From Eledone cirrhosa (lineage: Eukaryota): DNA of 64,000 nt. Below are positions 28,540 through 41,921 of the stretch, piece by piece. Made by a program: the position numbers and the translations under genes. The stretch's first letter is position 1. Each line of letters starts with the position of its first letter. The stretch is from NCBI GenBank assembly GCA_964016885.1, contig OZ024743.1, forward strand, positions 64,542,001-64,606,000, given 5' to 3'. The notes under the pieces are model-generated. The model saw only the letters and a program-made list of their open reading frames with translations. It made no database searches and was not told the DNA's origin.

Positions 28540-28990
28540 AGAGAAAGATGGTATATAGATAGAGAGAAAAGAATATATAGAGAGAAAGAAGATATATAGA
28601 TAGAGAGAAAAGGATATATAGAGAGAAAGAAGATATATAGATAGAGAGAAAAGGATATATAGAGAGAAAGAAGATATATAGATAGACAGAAAAGGATATA
28701 TAGAGAGAAAGAAGATATATAGATAGAGAGAAAAGGATATATAGAGAGAAAGAAGATATATAGATAGAGAGAAAAGGATATATTGATAGAGAGAAAGGGA
28801 TATATAGATAGAGAGAAAAGATATATAGATAGAGAGAAAGGATATATATAGAGAAAAGATATATATAGAGAGAGAAAAGGATATATAGATAGAGAGAAAA
28901 GATATATAGAGAAAAGGGATATATAGAGAGAAAGAGAGAGAAAAAAAGAGATATATAAAAAGAAGAAGATATATAGAAGGAAAAAATATA
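28540..28990. repeat. GA/TA-rich ~41 bp tandem repeat
   Basis: GATATATAGATAGAGAGAAAAGGATATATAGAGAGAAAGAA units. Confidence 0.85.
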
Positions 28991-30314
28991 TATATAAACA
29001 GAGATAGAGAGAAAAACAATAAAATCGGAGAGCAAGCGAGAGAGAGGGGGAGAGAGAGGGGGAAAGAGAGAGGGAGAGGGAGAGTGGGAGAGAGGTAAGC
29101 AGAAGTAAAAGATTGAAGGGACGAGTTAATGGCGGGGTGGTGGAAAATGGAGAAGGGGGAAAAGCAAAAATAAATGGGGGTAGGGCAGAAATGACAAGGA
29201 ACCATTCGGTGAGAGAACGATAAAATGGATGTTTAATAATGATAATAATTAGATATGGTTGTATCTAACGTTGTGTACAGCCATTTTTATTTCTCTGCAA
29301 TGGAGGCGGTTTGTTGTAAAAGCAGATAAATTTCCAATTACAATCCTGAGAATAACAACGGGGAGAGATCAGTGGGGATGGTTTATATCGCCAAAAGTCA
29401 ATTCAATAAAAAGGAGGCGGTAAATGGTAGCATGCATGGTCCCGTAACTCCTGAGGGAGTCGGAGGGGCGCCGTATTGACATACGGTGTTTCCAGGGCAT
29501 TTTTTTTTTCTCTTTTATTAAACTTGGCGAAGCCCAATCCTCTCCAGGTCTGAATACAGCAGATTTCTTCTAGAGAAGGATAGAGAGAGTGAGAGAATGG
29601 AAGGGAGAAAGAGATATAGAGGAAGAATCAACTCCAGGCACACGTTTTTATTGGCCTTGAAATTATGAAAGTCAAAGTTGATCTTTGCGGGATTTGAACT
29701 CAGAGAACAGAGAAAGCTGGAGCGAATACCGCAAAGCATTCTATCCGCCAACTGTTAGATATAGAGTAGAAAATACTGAGAGAAAGCAATATAATGATAA
29801 CTACTAAGAAATTAAAAACAAAGTGTAAAATATTTAACCTAGTCGAAATAGCAGGAAAGACTTTTAAATATGTTGATGAGTTTAAATATTTGGCAAGACA
29901 AATAATGGCAGATGTGAGTGGGATAAAGTAAGTAAAAGTCCCATAACTCATGATAAAGTTATAGGGGCGCCATCTTAATATATACGGTATGTCGTGGCCA
30001 TTTCAAACTTGTCGGAGCTCATCTCTTTGCAGGCCTGAACACAGCTGATGCCTTCCAGAGAAAGGAAAGTATATATAAAGAAAGATAGAGAAAGAATCGG
30101 CTCTAGTACTGGACTGGTATTTTATTTATCGAAGCCGAAAGGATGAAAGGCAAATGTGAGATAAAAGAAAGAAAATCAGCTAAAAGGCGTGTATGTTTGT
30201 ATTATATATATATATATATATATATATAGGTTATTATGTGAGTAACTTGTGGTTACTAGCGGTGATTGTAATATGCAATAAAGTTTCATTAAAAGCTGCA
30301 AATCTGACTTCTTA

Positions 30315-30382
<68 letters not shown>

Positions 30383-30503
30383 CGCTCTCACTCTCTCTCT
30401 CTCTCGGGGTCCTGACTCTTTTCCTATTACACACTATACTACCCTAAGTATCGAGTACTCCGGTGCGCTATGAGCCACCTGGTTCCTTACCACACTTCCT
30501 TCG

Positions 30504-30544
<41 letters not shown>

Positions 30545-30551
<7 letters not shown>

Positions 30552-31340
30552 ATACTTGGGGAGGGTCATATTTGTGTAATATTGCCAGAATTAATAACAG
30601 AACACACTCACTGTTTGGTTGGTTTTCGCTTTTCGCTTCTGTGTCTTTTATATCGGTAATCTAACTTACTCGGTCCTCAATGTTGCCATTGACTGACCGA
30701 CGGTCAAAAATAATACAGATACAATATAGACACAAACACATATATATAGTTTATCATAAATCTTTCATTGCACATCTGCAACATCGTCAGTGGTGCTATT
30801 TTTTCCTCCTGTTGAATTGTATGGCTACGCCATTTTTATAACATTTTTATACATTTTTATAACATTTTTATAACATTTTTATACACAAGCACAATAACAA
30901 CAAACACATAAACACACATTAGTCACCCAATCACGAACACATATCGCACATCAAAAAAAACACTATACACACACGCAAACGCATGCGCAAAAAGACAAAA
31001 TAAAATAAACAAACAACCAAATAAATAAATAAATATATAGACAGACTGAATAAAAATGGCGTAGCCATACAATTCAACAGGAGGAAACAATAGCACCACT
31101 GACGATGTTGCAGATGTGCAACGAAAGATTTATGATAAACTATATCTATGTGTTTGTGTCTATATTGTATCTGTATTATTTTTGACCGTCGGTCAGTCAA
31201 TGGCAACATTGAGGACCGAGTAAGCTAGATTACCGATATAAAAGACAGCGAAAAGCGAAAACCAACCAAACAGTGAGTGTGTTCTGTTATTAATTCTGGC
31301 AATATTACACAAATATGACCCTCCCCAAGTATAACAATAT
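30545..31340. repeat. Inverted repeat with ~290 bp arms
   Basis: 30545-30835 versus 31047-31340. The family also occurs at 14940-15217 and 50060-50290. Confidence 0.85.
31094..31137 (+). ncRNA. Hammerhead-like motif with extra U after A9
   Basis: CACCA-CTGACGA-T-GTTGCA GATG TGCAAC-GAAA-GATT-TA^-TGATA; weak stem I. Copies at 14996(+) and 30752-30795(-). Confidence 0.45.
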
Positions 31341-31674
31341 TTGTTTCGACACACGATTTCATATAAAAAACCTCGCAAAACTAATTCATCGCCGTTATAT
31401 ATATATATATAGGGGTAGGACAGAAATGACAAAGAACCATTCGGTGAGAGAACGATACATATATATATAATAAATTTAATCTGAGTTTTTCGAATATTAA
31501 TAATAACATTCGATTCGTTTGCAATTATGCAAACAAGCCTCATTTTTAAAGCGATGTCAGTAGAATGAGCCCCTCATTCTTGCTCTTGTGTTGGCATGTA
31601 AACATATATATATATGTAAACATATATATATGAAAAGAATCACCAATGTTCAATACATTAATAAGTAATTTAAT

Positions 31675-31723
31675 TGATTTACATGTTTCATTCAATTCCT
31701 TTACAGAGAAATCTTCTGAATCA
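31675..31723 (-). ncRNA. Hammerhead-like motif with U4A core change
   Basis: TGATT-CAGAAGA-TTTC..GAAT-GAAA-CATG-TA^-AATCA. Confidence 0.55.
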
Positions 31724-31914
31724 GTGTAATGATATAGAAAAGATATTTATTTAACAATCCCATGTTTTTATGCATCCAGCAATCTGGATGTTGACAAAAT
31801 TACTTTGGAGCTTTAAACGTCTGAATGCCTTATACAGTTGTATCACCGACTAATATAACTTACCTTATATATATATATGTGTGTGTGGGGGGGGGGGGGG
31901 GTTAGAGTGTGCAC

Positions 31915-32487
31915 TCTACATGTGAATGGAGTTCCACTGAAGCAGGCGCTGGTGCAGTAATGCGTCAGATTCAACATTCGGTCATCAGAAGAAGGGAGGC
32001 ATGTGTAAAACCCAATCTCGATATCTTCAATTCGGTATTCGTGCCAACCCTTACCTATGGTCAAGAATCTTGGATAATGACCGAAATAATACGATCGAGA
32101 ATACAAGCGGCCGAAATGGGGTTCTGTCTTTGAAGTAACGTTACTTGATAGAGTACGTAGTTCATAGATGAGAGAGTCACTCCAGGTAAAGCCACTACGT
32201 CTCCAGCTTGAGAGATCACAGCTCCGATACTATGAGTTAGAATGTCTCAGGAAAGAATCGCTGGACAGATTTTACGGGCAAAACCAACCGGTAGGAGATC
32301 CAGGGGTAGACTCCGGGGAAGATGGTTGGATAATACCCATGAGCTCAGCTAATCTCGCTTGAGGATCCGGCCAGATCAGTTGGAGACGATTTCTTCTCAG
32401 AGAACCCAAGAAGAAGAAGAAGAAGAAGAAGAAGAAGAAGAAGAAGAAGAAGAAGAAGAAGAAGAAGAAGAAGAAGAAGAAGAAGAA

Positions 32488-32490
<3 letters not shown>
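31915..32490 (+). mobile_element. RTE LINE 3' fragment with (GAA)n tail
   Basis: PTLTYGQESW...RIQAAEM, IRESLQV..ERSQLR, GRRSRGR, then (GAA)n. Confidence 0.85.
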
Positions 32491-32526
<36 letters not shown>

Positions 32527-32661
32527 GATGCCGTTGTATTTAAAACATTCAAACACCTTTACTGAATGAACATATAAGGTTCTTAGATGAAGAGACCAAG
32601 CTGACACTTCGAAGTCACTGCCACTTTATAAATATATATATGTGTATGTGTGTGAATGCAT

Positions 32662-35139
32662 CTAGGGTGGGTAAAATTCCTGAGATCCATGGACGAGTTC
32701 TCTCCAGCGGTCTCTGTCCCTCATTATCGCTGCCATGTCCTGCGTCTCCAACAGACCAGTGTCTATCCTTAGGGCATCAACATACGTTAACCTTGGTCTT
32801 CCTCTTCCAGTGTGTCCATGCAGGGGCTCCAACAGGAGCACTGAGTGCAGTGTCAACTCTGGATGTCGGTGAGCATGTCCAGCTAACCTCAGTCTCCTCT
32901 GTGTCACTTTTGAGCTGACTTTTGGGATGCTCCCATACAGCTCTGAGTTTTTCATCCTCAGTGTATACTGATTAATGTTCAGAGACATCCTCAGCGTTCT
33001 CGTGTAGCACCCATCCACCATCTGAGTGAGTTTCTTGGTCAGTGTCCAAGTCTCAGATCCGTACAGCAGTACAGACTCCACTGCAGCAATGAAGAGGCGG
33101 ATCATCAGGCGGATCTTCCACACCGATCTCAATCTGTGGCATGCCGCCCAGGCTTTGCTCTTCTTCGCAACCACATCATCTTCCGTATTCCCAATCTTTG
33201 CTCCCAAATACAGGAAGTCCTCAACTAATTCCAGCGGCTTCCCGCCTACATTAGTAATCCCCTCTGGCTTCTCAACATTCTCTACCAGATATTTTGTTTT
33301 AGTCTCATTCATTCTCAGCCCCACACTCATCGACACAGTCTCAACTTCCTACATCAAATCCTCTGCCTCCTTCACTGTATTTGTCACCAAAACTATGTCG
33401 TCGGCAAATTCAGCATCTGATACCTTTTTCGCCTTAACTCTCCTGCTCTGAGCCGGTGTTACAGTAAAGTCAGAGTCCTGGTGTTTCTCCAGTGCAAGGC
33501 GCATACAATAGTCCACTATGATGATAAAAAGGTAGGGAGCCAATGTATCTCCCTGGAGCACTCCAGCCAGTATCTCAAAAAACTCTGTCATCCCATCAGG
33601 TGTAATGACTTGGGCTTTAGTGTTGGTGTAGAGCAGTGATAGCAGGTTCACTATCTTCTTGGGAATTCCATAAGCCTGTAAGATCTTCATCAGGCAGTGA
33701 CGGTCCACAGAATCAAAGGCCTTCCTAAAGTCAACGAAAACCATGACCGCAGGAAGGCACTTTGCTCTAGCTCCCTCTAATATCCTCCTCAGCATCAGGA
33801 TATGACTGGTGGTTGATCTTCCCTCTCTGAAGCCGTTCTGGTTGTCCCTGACCTTCTTCTCCATCTCGGGCTGGATCCTGTTAAGAATCATCCTGTTGAG
33901 GGTCTTTGCCACAAGTGACGTCAGTACGATCCCCCTGTAGTTGTTGGTGTCAATGCACATCTGAGTAAGGAGGGTAGTGAAGATCCTTGCTGGTACTTCC
34001 ATAACAACACCAACCGAAATAGAAGACTACTGAGAGACACCCTGCTGGAGGCGAACTTGATAGCGACCAACCTAAGGTTTAGGAAGAATCCGTGGAAGAT
34101 GTGGACCTACATCTCAGATATGCACCTGTCCAAGTACCAGATTATTTTCATTCTGGTGAGGAAAAAGTGGCGGAATAGTGTTCTGAACACAGAAACATAC
34201 AACTATTTCAGTACACTGGGTAGTGACCACCGGCTTGTTATGAGTGAGGTCCGGGTGAGCTTAAGAAAGAGCAAGGCTCGGCCCCGGAGAGCAATCAATG
34301 ATTGGGGAGCTTTCAAGGAAGATGATAAGCTACAGGAGAGGTTCACAGTGGAAGTGAGGAACAAGTTCAGTGCTCTGTGTGGAGAGACAGGGGAGAGAGA
34401 GAGATTGGATGGACTGAGGAGAGTGTGACGAGGAGGTACGGGTACTTCACCAGTGCAGTGGTGGAAGCAAGTGAGACCCTGGTGCCGAGGAGAAAGAACA
34501 AAAGGAAGCACGTCAGCTGTGCAGACCCAAAAGTGTGTGCAGCCAGAGAACACCTGAAAGCTGCCAAGGACCAATTCTATGCTGATCCTACGGAGGAGAG
34601 GAAGGAGAATGTGGAAGTGATGAGGGAAGAACTCTGTACCGCTTACACTGAGGCCAGAGAGGAGGCACTGATAGAGAAGATCAGAAGTGTGGAGAGAGCG
34701 GTTGGCAGATCTGGATGTAAGGAGAGTTGGATGATCATCAACGAGATCACAGGGAGGAAGAGAAGGTGTTCAAGTCAGATCCAGGGAACAGAGCCCGAGG
34801 ATAGGAAGAGGAAATGGCTAGACCATTTTAGGACCCTACTAGGAGAGCCGCCCTCCACAGCCCAGAACACTGGGGAGATCAGGCGGCTGTTTGAAGAACT
34901 GGATATTAAGACATAGCCCTTCACCACAGATGAGCTTCAGAGAGTCAAGAAGAAGATTAAGGAGGGCAAGGCTCATGGAGAAGATACAGTGGCATCAGAG
35001 TTGATGAAGAGGTGTGATTTTGATGATATCATCCTGGAGTTCTGTAACCAGGCACTGGAGAAGGGAGTTGCCCCGAATCAGTGGAGGATCAGTAACATCG
35101 TCCCAGTGCTAAAGGGAGATCTCTCTAACACCAACAACT
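32662..35139 (-). mobile_element. RTE-clade LINE, 5'-truncated, with inverted 5' segment
   Basis: Minus 32662-33950 encodes RT (NYRGI, FVDFRKAFDSV, GVLQGDTLAP, FADD, YGSETW, GRPR). Plus 33951-35139 encodes the EN C-terminus (WTY, GSDHRLV) and linker up to KGDLSNTNN. Confidence 0.92.
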
Positions 35140-35156
35140 GTGTATGTATGTAAGTT

Positions 35157-35254
<98 letters not shown>

Positions 35255-35831
35255 GGGAGAGAGGGGGGAGACGTACTTATATAGACACGCACATATATAT
35301 AATAGAAAGGGAGAGAGAGAAAAGTGATAGATAGATAAAAATAAAGAGAAAAAGGAGGAGAAAGAATGTGGGTGGGCGGCGGTGGTGGTGGTGGTGGTGG
35401 TGGTGGTGGCGGCGGCGGTGGTGGCGGCGGCGGTGGTGGCGGCGGCGGTGGCGGCGGCGGCGGCGGTAGTGGTGGTGGTGGTAGTGGTGGTGGTGGTAGT
35501 GGTGGTGGTGGTAGTGGTGGTGGTGGTGATGGTGGTGGTGATGGTGGTGGTGGTAGTGGTGGTGATGGTGGTGGTAGTGGTGTTGGTAGCAAGGGGGTAG
35601 GGGTCAACAAAACCTCTTGATCTCATTTTGTGTTTTAAGAAATGTCCATTAGTAATTGGTTTGGACATTAATTACTGTTCGTGAGATAATGATCTGGAAC
35701 TTTCCATCTCAGTCTAATATGGCGGCTACAACTTCAACTACTACAACAACAACAACTAACACTATCGCTGCTACTAAACATTACCACTATTACTGTTATC
35801 ATCATCGACATCATCATCATCGTCACCATCG

Positions 35832-35865
<34 letters not shown>

Positions 35866-35951
35866 TATTATTGTCATCATTATCAGCAACAACAATCTTG
35901 GCAATCCCAAACACACAGATATATTACAAACCCCCCAAACATACACACACA

Positions 35952-36000
<49 letters not shown>

Positions 36001-37661
36001 ATACACATGTACACAATCACACACGAACACACAAGCACACGAACACACAGATGCACAAAAACACACAAACGCAAACATACACTAACACACACATACAAAA
36101 GATACACACACTAATATTCACAGATTGACACATACACACACACACACGTGTCTGCGCAAACGCAAGCACACAAAAACATTTAGTCATACCTACACACTCT
36201 AATATCAACACCAGCGCCACCACCGCTAGGTAACAATGGCTTCCTTTTACCTTCACCCCATCACCGACATCATCAAAACCATTCACCTCCACCACCACCA
36301 TCAAAGTCATTCACCCCACCACCACCACAAACATTCACCCCCATTACCCCACTACAACCATTACCCCACCACCATTCACCCCATCACCACCACCTCCACC
36401 GCTTCCGCCACCACCACTACCTTCTCCTCCTCTGCCGCCACCACCACCATCATTTCTTCCTCTTGCTACAATGGTATGCTTCTCCATTCATTATCATATC
36501 ACCAGCCCTCGCCCATTAATATGGACAGCAACACCACCACAACTACTACCAATACCACTACCACCACTAACAACAACAACAACACCAACACCACTATTAC
36601 CATTCGCCCATCATCATCACCACCGCCACCAATACCAACACCAAAACTAACACTACGCCCAACACCACAACTACCACCACCCCCATCACCATTACCATCA
36701 TACACTTTTACCCCCCTCCCCCCTACCATCTTAAAAATGGAAGGACGCGTTAGATAACTACCATCACCTTCCCCACAACCACTACCACCATTACATCTCC
36801 CACCACCACCAGCATCCCCCCCCACCCCCACCACCACCACTACCATCACCATCCCCACAACCACCACCACTACCACCACCATCACCATCCCCACAACCAC
36901 CACCACTACCATCATTATCCCCACTGCCACCATCCCCACAACCCCCACCACCATCACCATTTCATCTCCCACCAGCACCAGCATCACTCCATCCCCACAA
37001 CCACAACCACCACCACCATTCCATCTCCCACCACCAGCACCAGCATCCCTACACACCATCACCATCCCCACAACCACCACCACTACCACCACCATCATTA
37101 TCCCCACTGCCACAACCACCACCACCACCACCACCATTCCATCTCCCACTAGCACCAGCATCACCCCCAGCTCCACAACCACCACCAATACCACCACCAT
37201 CACTATGCCCACTGCCACAACCACCACCACCACCACCATTCCATCTCCCACTAGCACCAGCCCACAACCACCACCAATACCACCACCATCACTACCACCG
37301 CCATCACTGTCCCCACTGCCACCATCACCACCGTTCAATTATATTTCTGATCAAAATCTGTAGTCACGACAACTCGGCTCAAACTCCCAACGCCGACTCA
37401 AAGCTTCCCGACTCAAATTTATATCAAGCAAATTTAATTATCGCGATCAAGTGAGAGACTTCTCTCGAGACACATATAGCTATTGTTCTTACTGATATTA
37501 TGTTTGGCTTATTATAGTTTATAGTATTTATATTTATTGATATTTTACTGTTTTCTGTCTTTTTTTCTTTCTTGCTGTGCTTTTTTTCCCCAGCAAGCAA
37601 CAAAATACTAGCAACGAAATATTGATATTAAAGAAGAACAATTATATATATATATATGTGT

Positions 37662-37749
<88 letters not shown>

Positions 37750-37848
37750 ATATATAGAATATGAAAATGACAGTAAATAATATCGCTATTGACATGTCAC
37801 GTGAACGGGCAGAACATCAACATTTCTCGCTCTCTCTCTCTCACTATC

Positions 37849-37889
<41 letters not shown>

Positions 37890-37896
37890 CACTATC

Positions 37897-37975
<79 letters not shown>

Positions 37976-38007
37976 ACACACATATACATATGTATACATA
38001 TTTTTCA

Positions 38008-38104
<97 letters not shown>

Positions 38105-38475
38105 GGGGTAACAAATAATAGTTATATCCAGTCCCCTTACGCGTAGTCCAGTTATGAGATTAAAAACCTTTTTTGTATTGTAAACCATATCAATCTTCTT
38201 TCCTGTTATATATATATATATATAAATATAGATATATTTCTTTATTAGCCACAGGGGCACAAAAGAAGGGGACAAATACAAAGGGGGAAGTTTACATACA
38301 ATAAAAACGTGTAAAATGTTATCACAAATGGAATTTAAAAAGTTAGTCGATTTTCCCCAATAGAGGGAGACAGTTTATATGGGTAACACATACCCCCGAA
38401 AAAAAATGTGCAACCCTCATCTCCAGGAGTACGAAGAGCTTGTACTCCTTTCCTCTCCTCCTCCTTTTCCTCAAC

Positions 38476-41400
38476 CTACAGGCTGATATAGAGAGAAGGC
38501 CCATTCACTCGGGCCATTCTCGCCACTTTCACCCACCTTTCATAAAACTTGCTGGGGTACAGCACCTCTCTCTCCATCCTGATTCTTCTTCCAAAGTGGT
38601 ATTTGAAAAAAAGAATCAGTTGTTGGCCGGAGAGAAAGGTGTCTGACCTCAGCCTTTTCAACCTTGTCCACCATACAACCTCTTTCGCCATAGCTATCAC
38701 ACAAAGGAAAACCGCCTCTCCTTCGTTTTTGAAGGAGGGTGGCGGTTTGATCATGACAATGGACTCGGTGGTCAACTGGATTGGTCCCACCCGCGACAAT
38801 AGTCGTTCTACATAGCCCCACGGGTCAGTGACGCCCGGGCAGTGTATGAATGCGTGCGCGACGGTTTCTTCGTCTCGCACGCACCTCGGACAGATCTTTT
38901 TTGCAGGGTCCCTGCCCGAGCGCCCATGTCTGTAGAGCTTGTCTCGAACTGGTAGAGCTCCTCGGTAGCACTGCCAGGCCAGGGACTTTTGGAAGTTGTC
39001 CATCGGTCCCGGGCGGATATAAACTGTCCTACCGAACAGACTGGCCAGTTCATCTTCCTCTACGCCTAGAGTTTCACCGAGCGCGTCGTCGCACTTGCTG
39101 CGGACCAACCCTCTATAGAATGACGAAGTGGAGTCTCCACTGATCGCCGGGTCCGCCTGCCAGAGGGCTGTGAGCGCCTGAGCACATTCGATGTGCCAGT
39201 CGCCCATTTTCCTCAGTCTTTGCTTGACCCAGGACTGCAGCTCGGTCAGCGAGACGAGTCGTGGGAAGGCTCGCCTCACGAACGGGGCCCACACCGGTTG
39301 TCCGGTGAGGAATACGTAGAGATGCCGCAGCCTGAGCGCGTGTTTGCGCATCGTCAACCACGGCATCCCCAGCCCTCCGTTAGAAGGGTGTTGGCAGCAG
39401 ATGGATCTTCTCACCAAAGGAGCCCGCCTCTTCCAAAGGAATCGGAAGAGCGCTCGCTCCATTTTGGCGAGCGTTTTGGCTGGACAAGGCACGACGGTCA
39501 AGCGGTAGTAGATGGCGGACGCTATAAAAGTGTTCGCCACCTCCGCTCGACCTTTCAAGGATAGTTTGCACTCGGCCCACTTCTGGGTGAGTGCAAACAC
39601 CTTGGCCGTCACTTCGTTCCAGTTCTTCTCCACCTGGAGGTCCGGACCAAACCAGACCCCGAGCAGCTTTACCGGTCCTTCCGTCCAGCGTCCGACGACG
39701 CCATCGGAAGGCATCGGTCTGCCTCTCCACGATCCGAGTTGCAAACCGATGGATTTGTCCCGGTTCAGCTTCGCTCCTGTGACACTTTCGTATTCCTTCA
39801 GTAAGGTGCCGACTTCCTCGATTTGCGAGGCGCTCGACACCATTACTGTCACGTCGTCGGCGTAGGCCGACGCCGTTTTCCGCAGTCCCGGTTCCAGGGG
39901 GATGCCCTGCAATAGCTCCAGCTTCCGCAGTAGTGGCTCGAGAGTCAGTACGTACAGAAGGGAGGAGAGAGGGCATCCCTGTCGAATGGATCGCGTAATA
40001 TGGAACGGTTCCGAGAGGTAGCCGTTCACCTTGACCCTTGAGCAGATGTTGCTGTTGTGCATTGCAGCAATCCAGCCCCTGAACACGGGTCCGAAGCCTG
40101 CCGCCTCGAGCACCGCATCCAGGTAACGATGGTCAACCCTATCGAAAGCCTTAGACTGATCCAAGTTGATCATGGCCCCACCGAAGCCGGGTTTACACCC
40201 TACCCTCTCTATGATGTATCGCATGAGGTGGAGGTTGTCGTGTATGGACCTGGTCGGGATTGCGCATGTCTGCGCTTCTCCCACCAGGTTCTCGACGACA
40301 AGCGCCAGCCTCTTTGCCAACACTTTGGCCAAAATCTGTAACTCTGTGTTTAGCAGAGTTATGGGCCGGAAGTTGCCTATGTCATCCCCCTTATTCTCGT
40401 CCTTCCTGATTAGTGTGACCACGCCCCGGTTACAGAACTGGGAATTCTCCCGTTCTGTTGCCAGTTGCAGTAGACCGCTTCCAGGAGACCGGAGAATAAG
40501 TCCGGCATTGCTACGTAAAATTCGTAGGGTAGACCGTCGAGACCTGGAGATTTGCGTTTGCCGCATTGGCTCAGCGCGTCCCCTATCTCAGCGGCTGAAA
40601 TCGGCTTTTCGCAGAACTTTGCCTCGCTGTCCGAGAGTCGCGGTAGGCCGTCGAGGTATGGACCGAAATCCATAGCCCCTCCCGGCGCACCGCCCCTCCC
40701 GTTGAGCAAAGTGCCGCTGAAAGGCCGCACACATCTGCTTCGGCTCACGTATCACGCGTCCGTTTTGGTCCTTCAAAGACCGAATCGTGGACTTGTTCCA
40801 CTTTTTGCCTCCGTCACTCGGGCCCAGCTAACAGCTTTGGCTCCCTCGTTTCCCAGAGCACGTATTTTGCTTCTGACAACGCAGCCCTCGTGCTTTGCGT
40901 CGAAGAACTGGTCCAAGGCCGTTCTCGTTGCTAGCACGCTGGCTACGTTGCCACTTCTAATTGCCTCTTCTACTTTATCTATCAGTTCCTTCTCGGTTCT
41001 ATTTCTATCTAACGCTAATTCTTTACTAAAATCTATCGAGTCTAATCTAACTGCCCTCTTGAGAGAGTACCACCATCTGTTGTTGACAATGGCCCCTGTC
41101 AAGTGCTGTTTAACTAAAGTTCTAATCCGTCTACTGTAGGCTTTGCTTGTCGGTAACGACAAGTTCAGCTTCCAGTAGCCGGGTCCTTGTCTATGGGTTC
41201 TATCAAGGTTGGCCATGCAGGTCACTAGTTTGTGATCTGAATAGGCAACCATGAACATTTGTGGACAGCTTAACATGTCCCTATCCTTATTTCTAACTAG
41301 AACCCTATCTAGGTACGATCTAGATGTTCCGCTACGATTAGTCCACGTCCACAGTGGCGCAGTCGGAAAATCTAGTCGATATCTATCGGCCAGGTCAAAT

Positions 41401-41860
41401 AGGTCGATTAACTGTTTGAGGCTATTATCCCCCCTTTATCGGGACATGCTCCCACATCGTCCCAACGTGCATCTAGGATTCCATTCCAGTCCCCCACTAA
41501 AAGCAAGGAGCGGGACGTTCCCAGAAAAGTCTCTAGACGTTTGAAGAAGTCTGGCCGTGGTGTCCCGGATGGGGCATATGCGGCCACCAGCCTGAAGGCT
41601 CCACCTTCACTACCGACAACGTCTAGGACCACCAGTCGACCCCCCGGGTCCAGATGTACCGTCTGTGTTACGAGGCCCAGGTGTTTCCGCAGCAAAACGG
41701 TTGACAGAGAGATACGTAGATCTCAAAGTCATCGAAGATGGGGGCCAGCTGTCGCTCGCTGTGGATCCTGGACTCGCAAATGGTTACCACATCCATACTG
41801 TGCGACCTGAGGTCGTTTAAGAGTTTGCCTTGTTTCCAGGGCATCCCAGGCCGCGTACGT
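38476..41860 (-). pseudogene. L1/Tx1 ORF2 (EN-RT-Zn finger), frameshifted
   Basis: ORFs 41668-41925, 41408-41695, 40773-41276, 40410-40748 and 38476-40566 chain into one EN-RT polyprotein. Confidence 0.9.
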
Positions 41861-41921
41861 TCACACATCCAACTCTTATATTGGCCATGTTGGTGCTGAA
41901 AAGTTAAAAGAGGAAAAGAGA

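Noticed and set aside
34645-34665. WPQ codons on the minus strand
   Set aside because: They lie inside the RTE element and lack the GRTG and HVW context.
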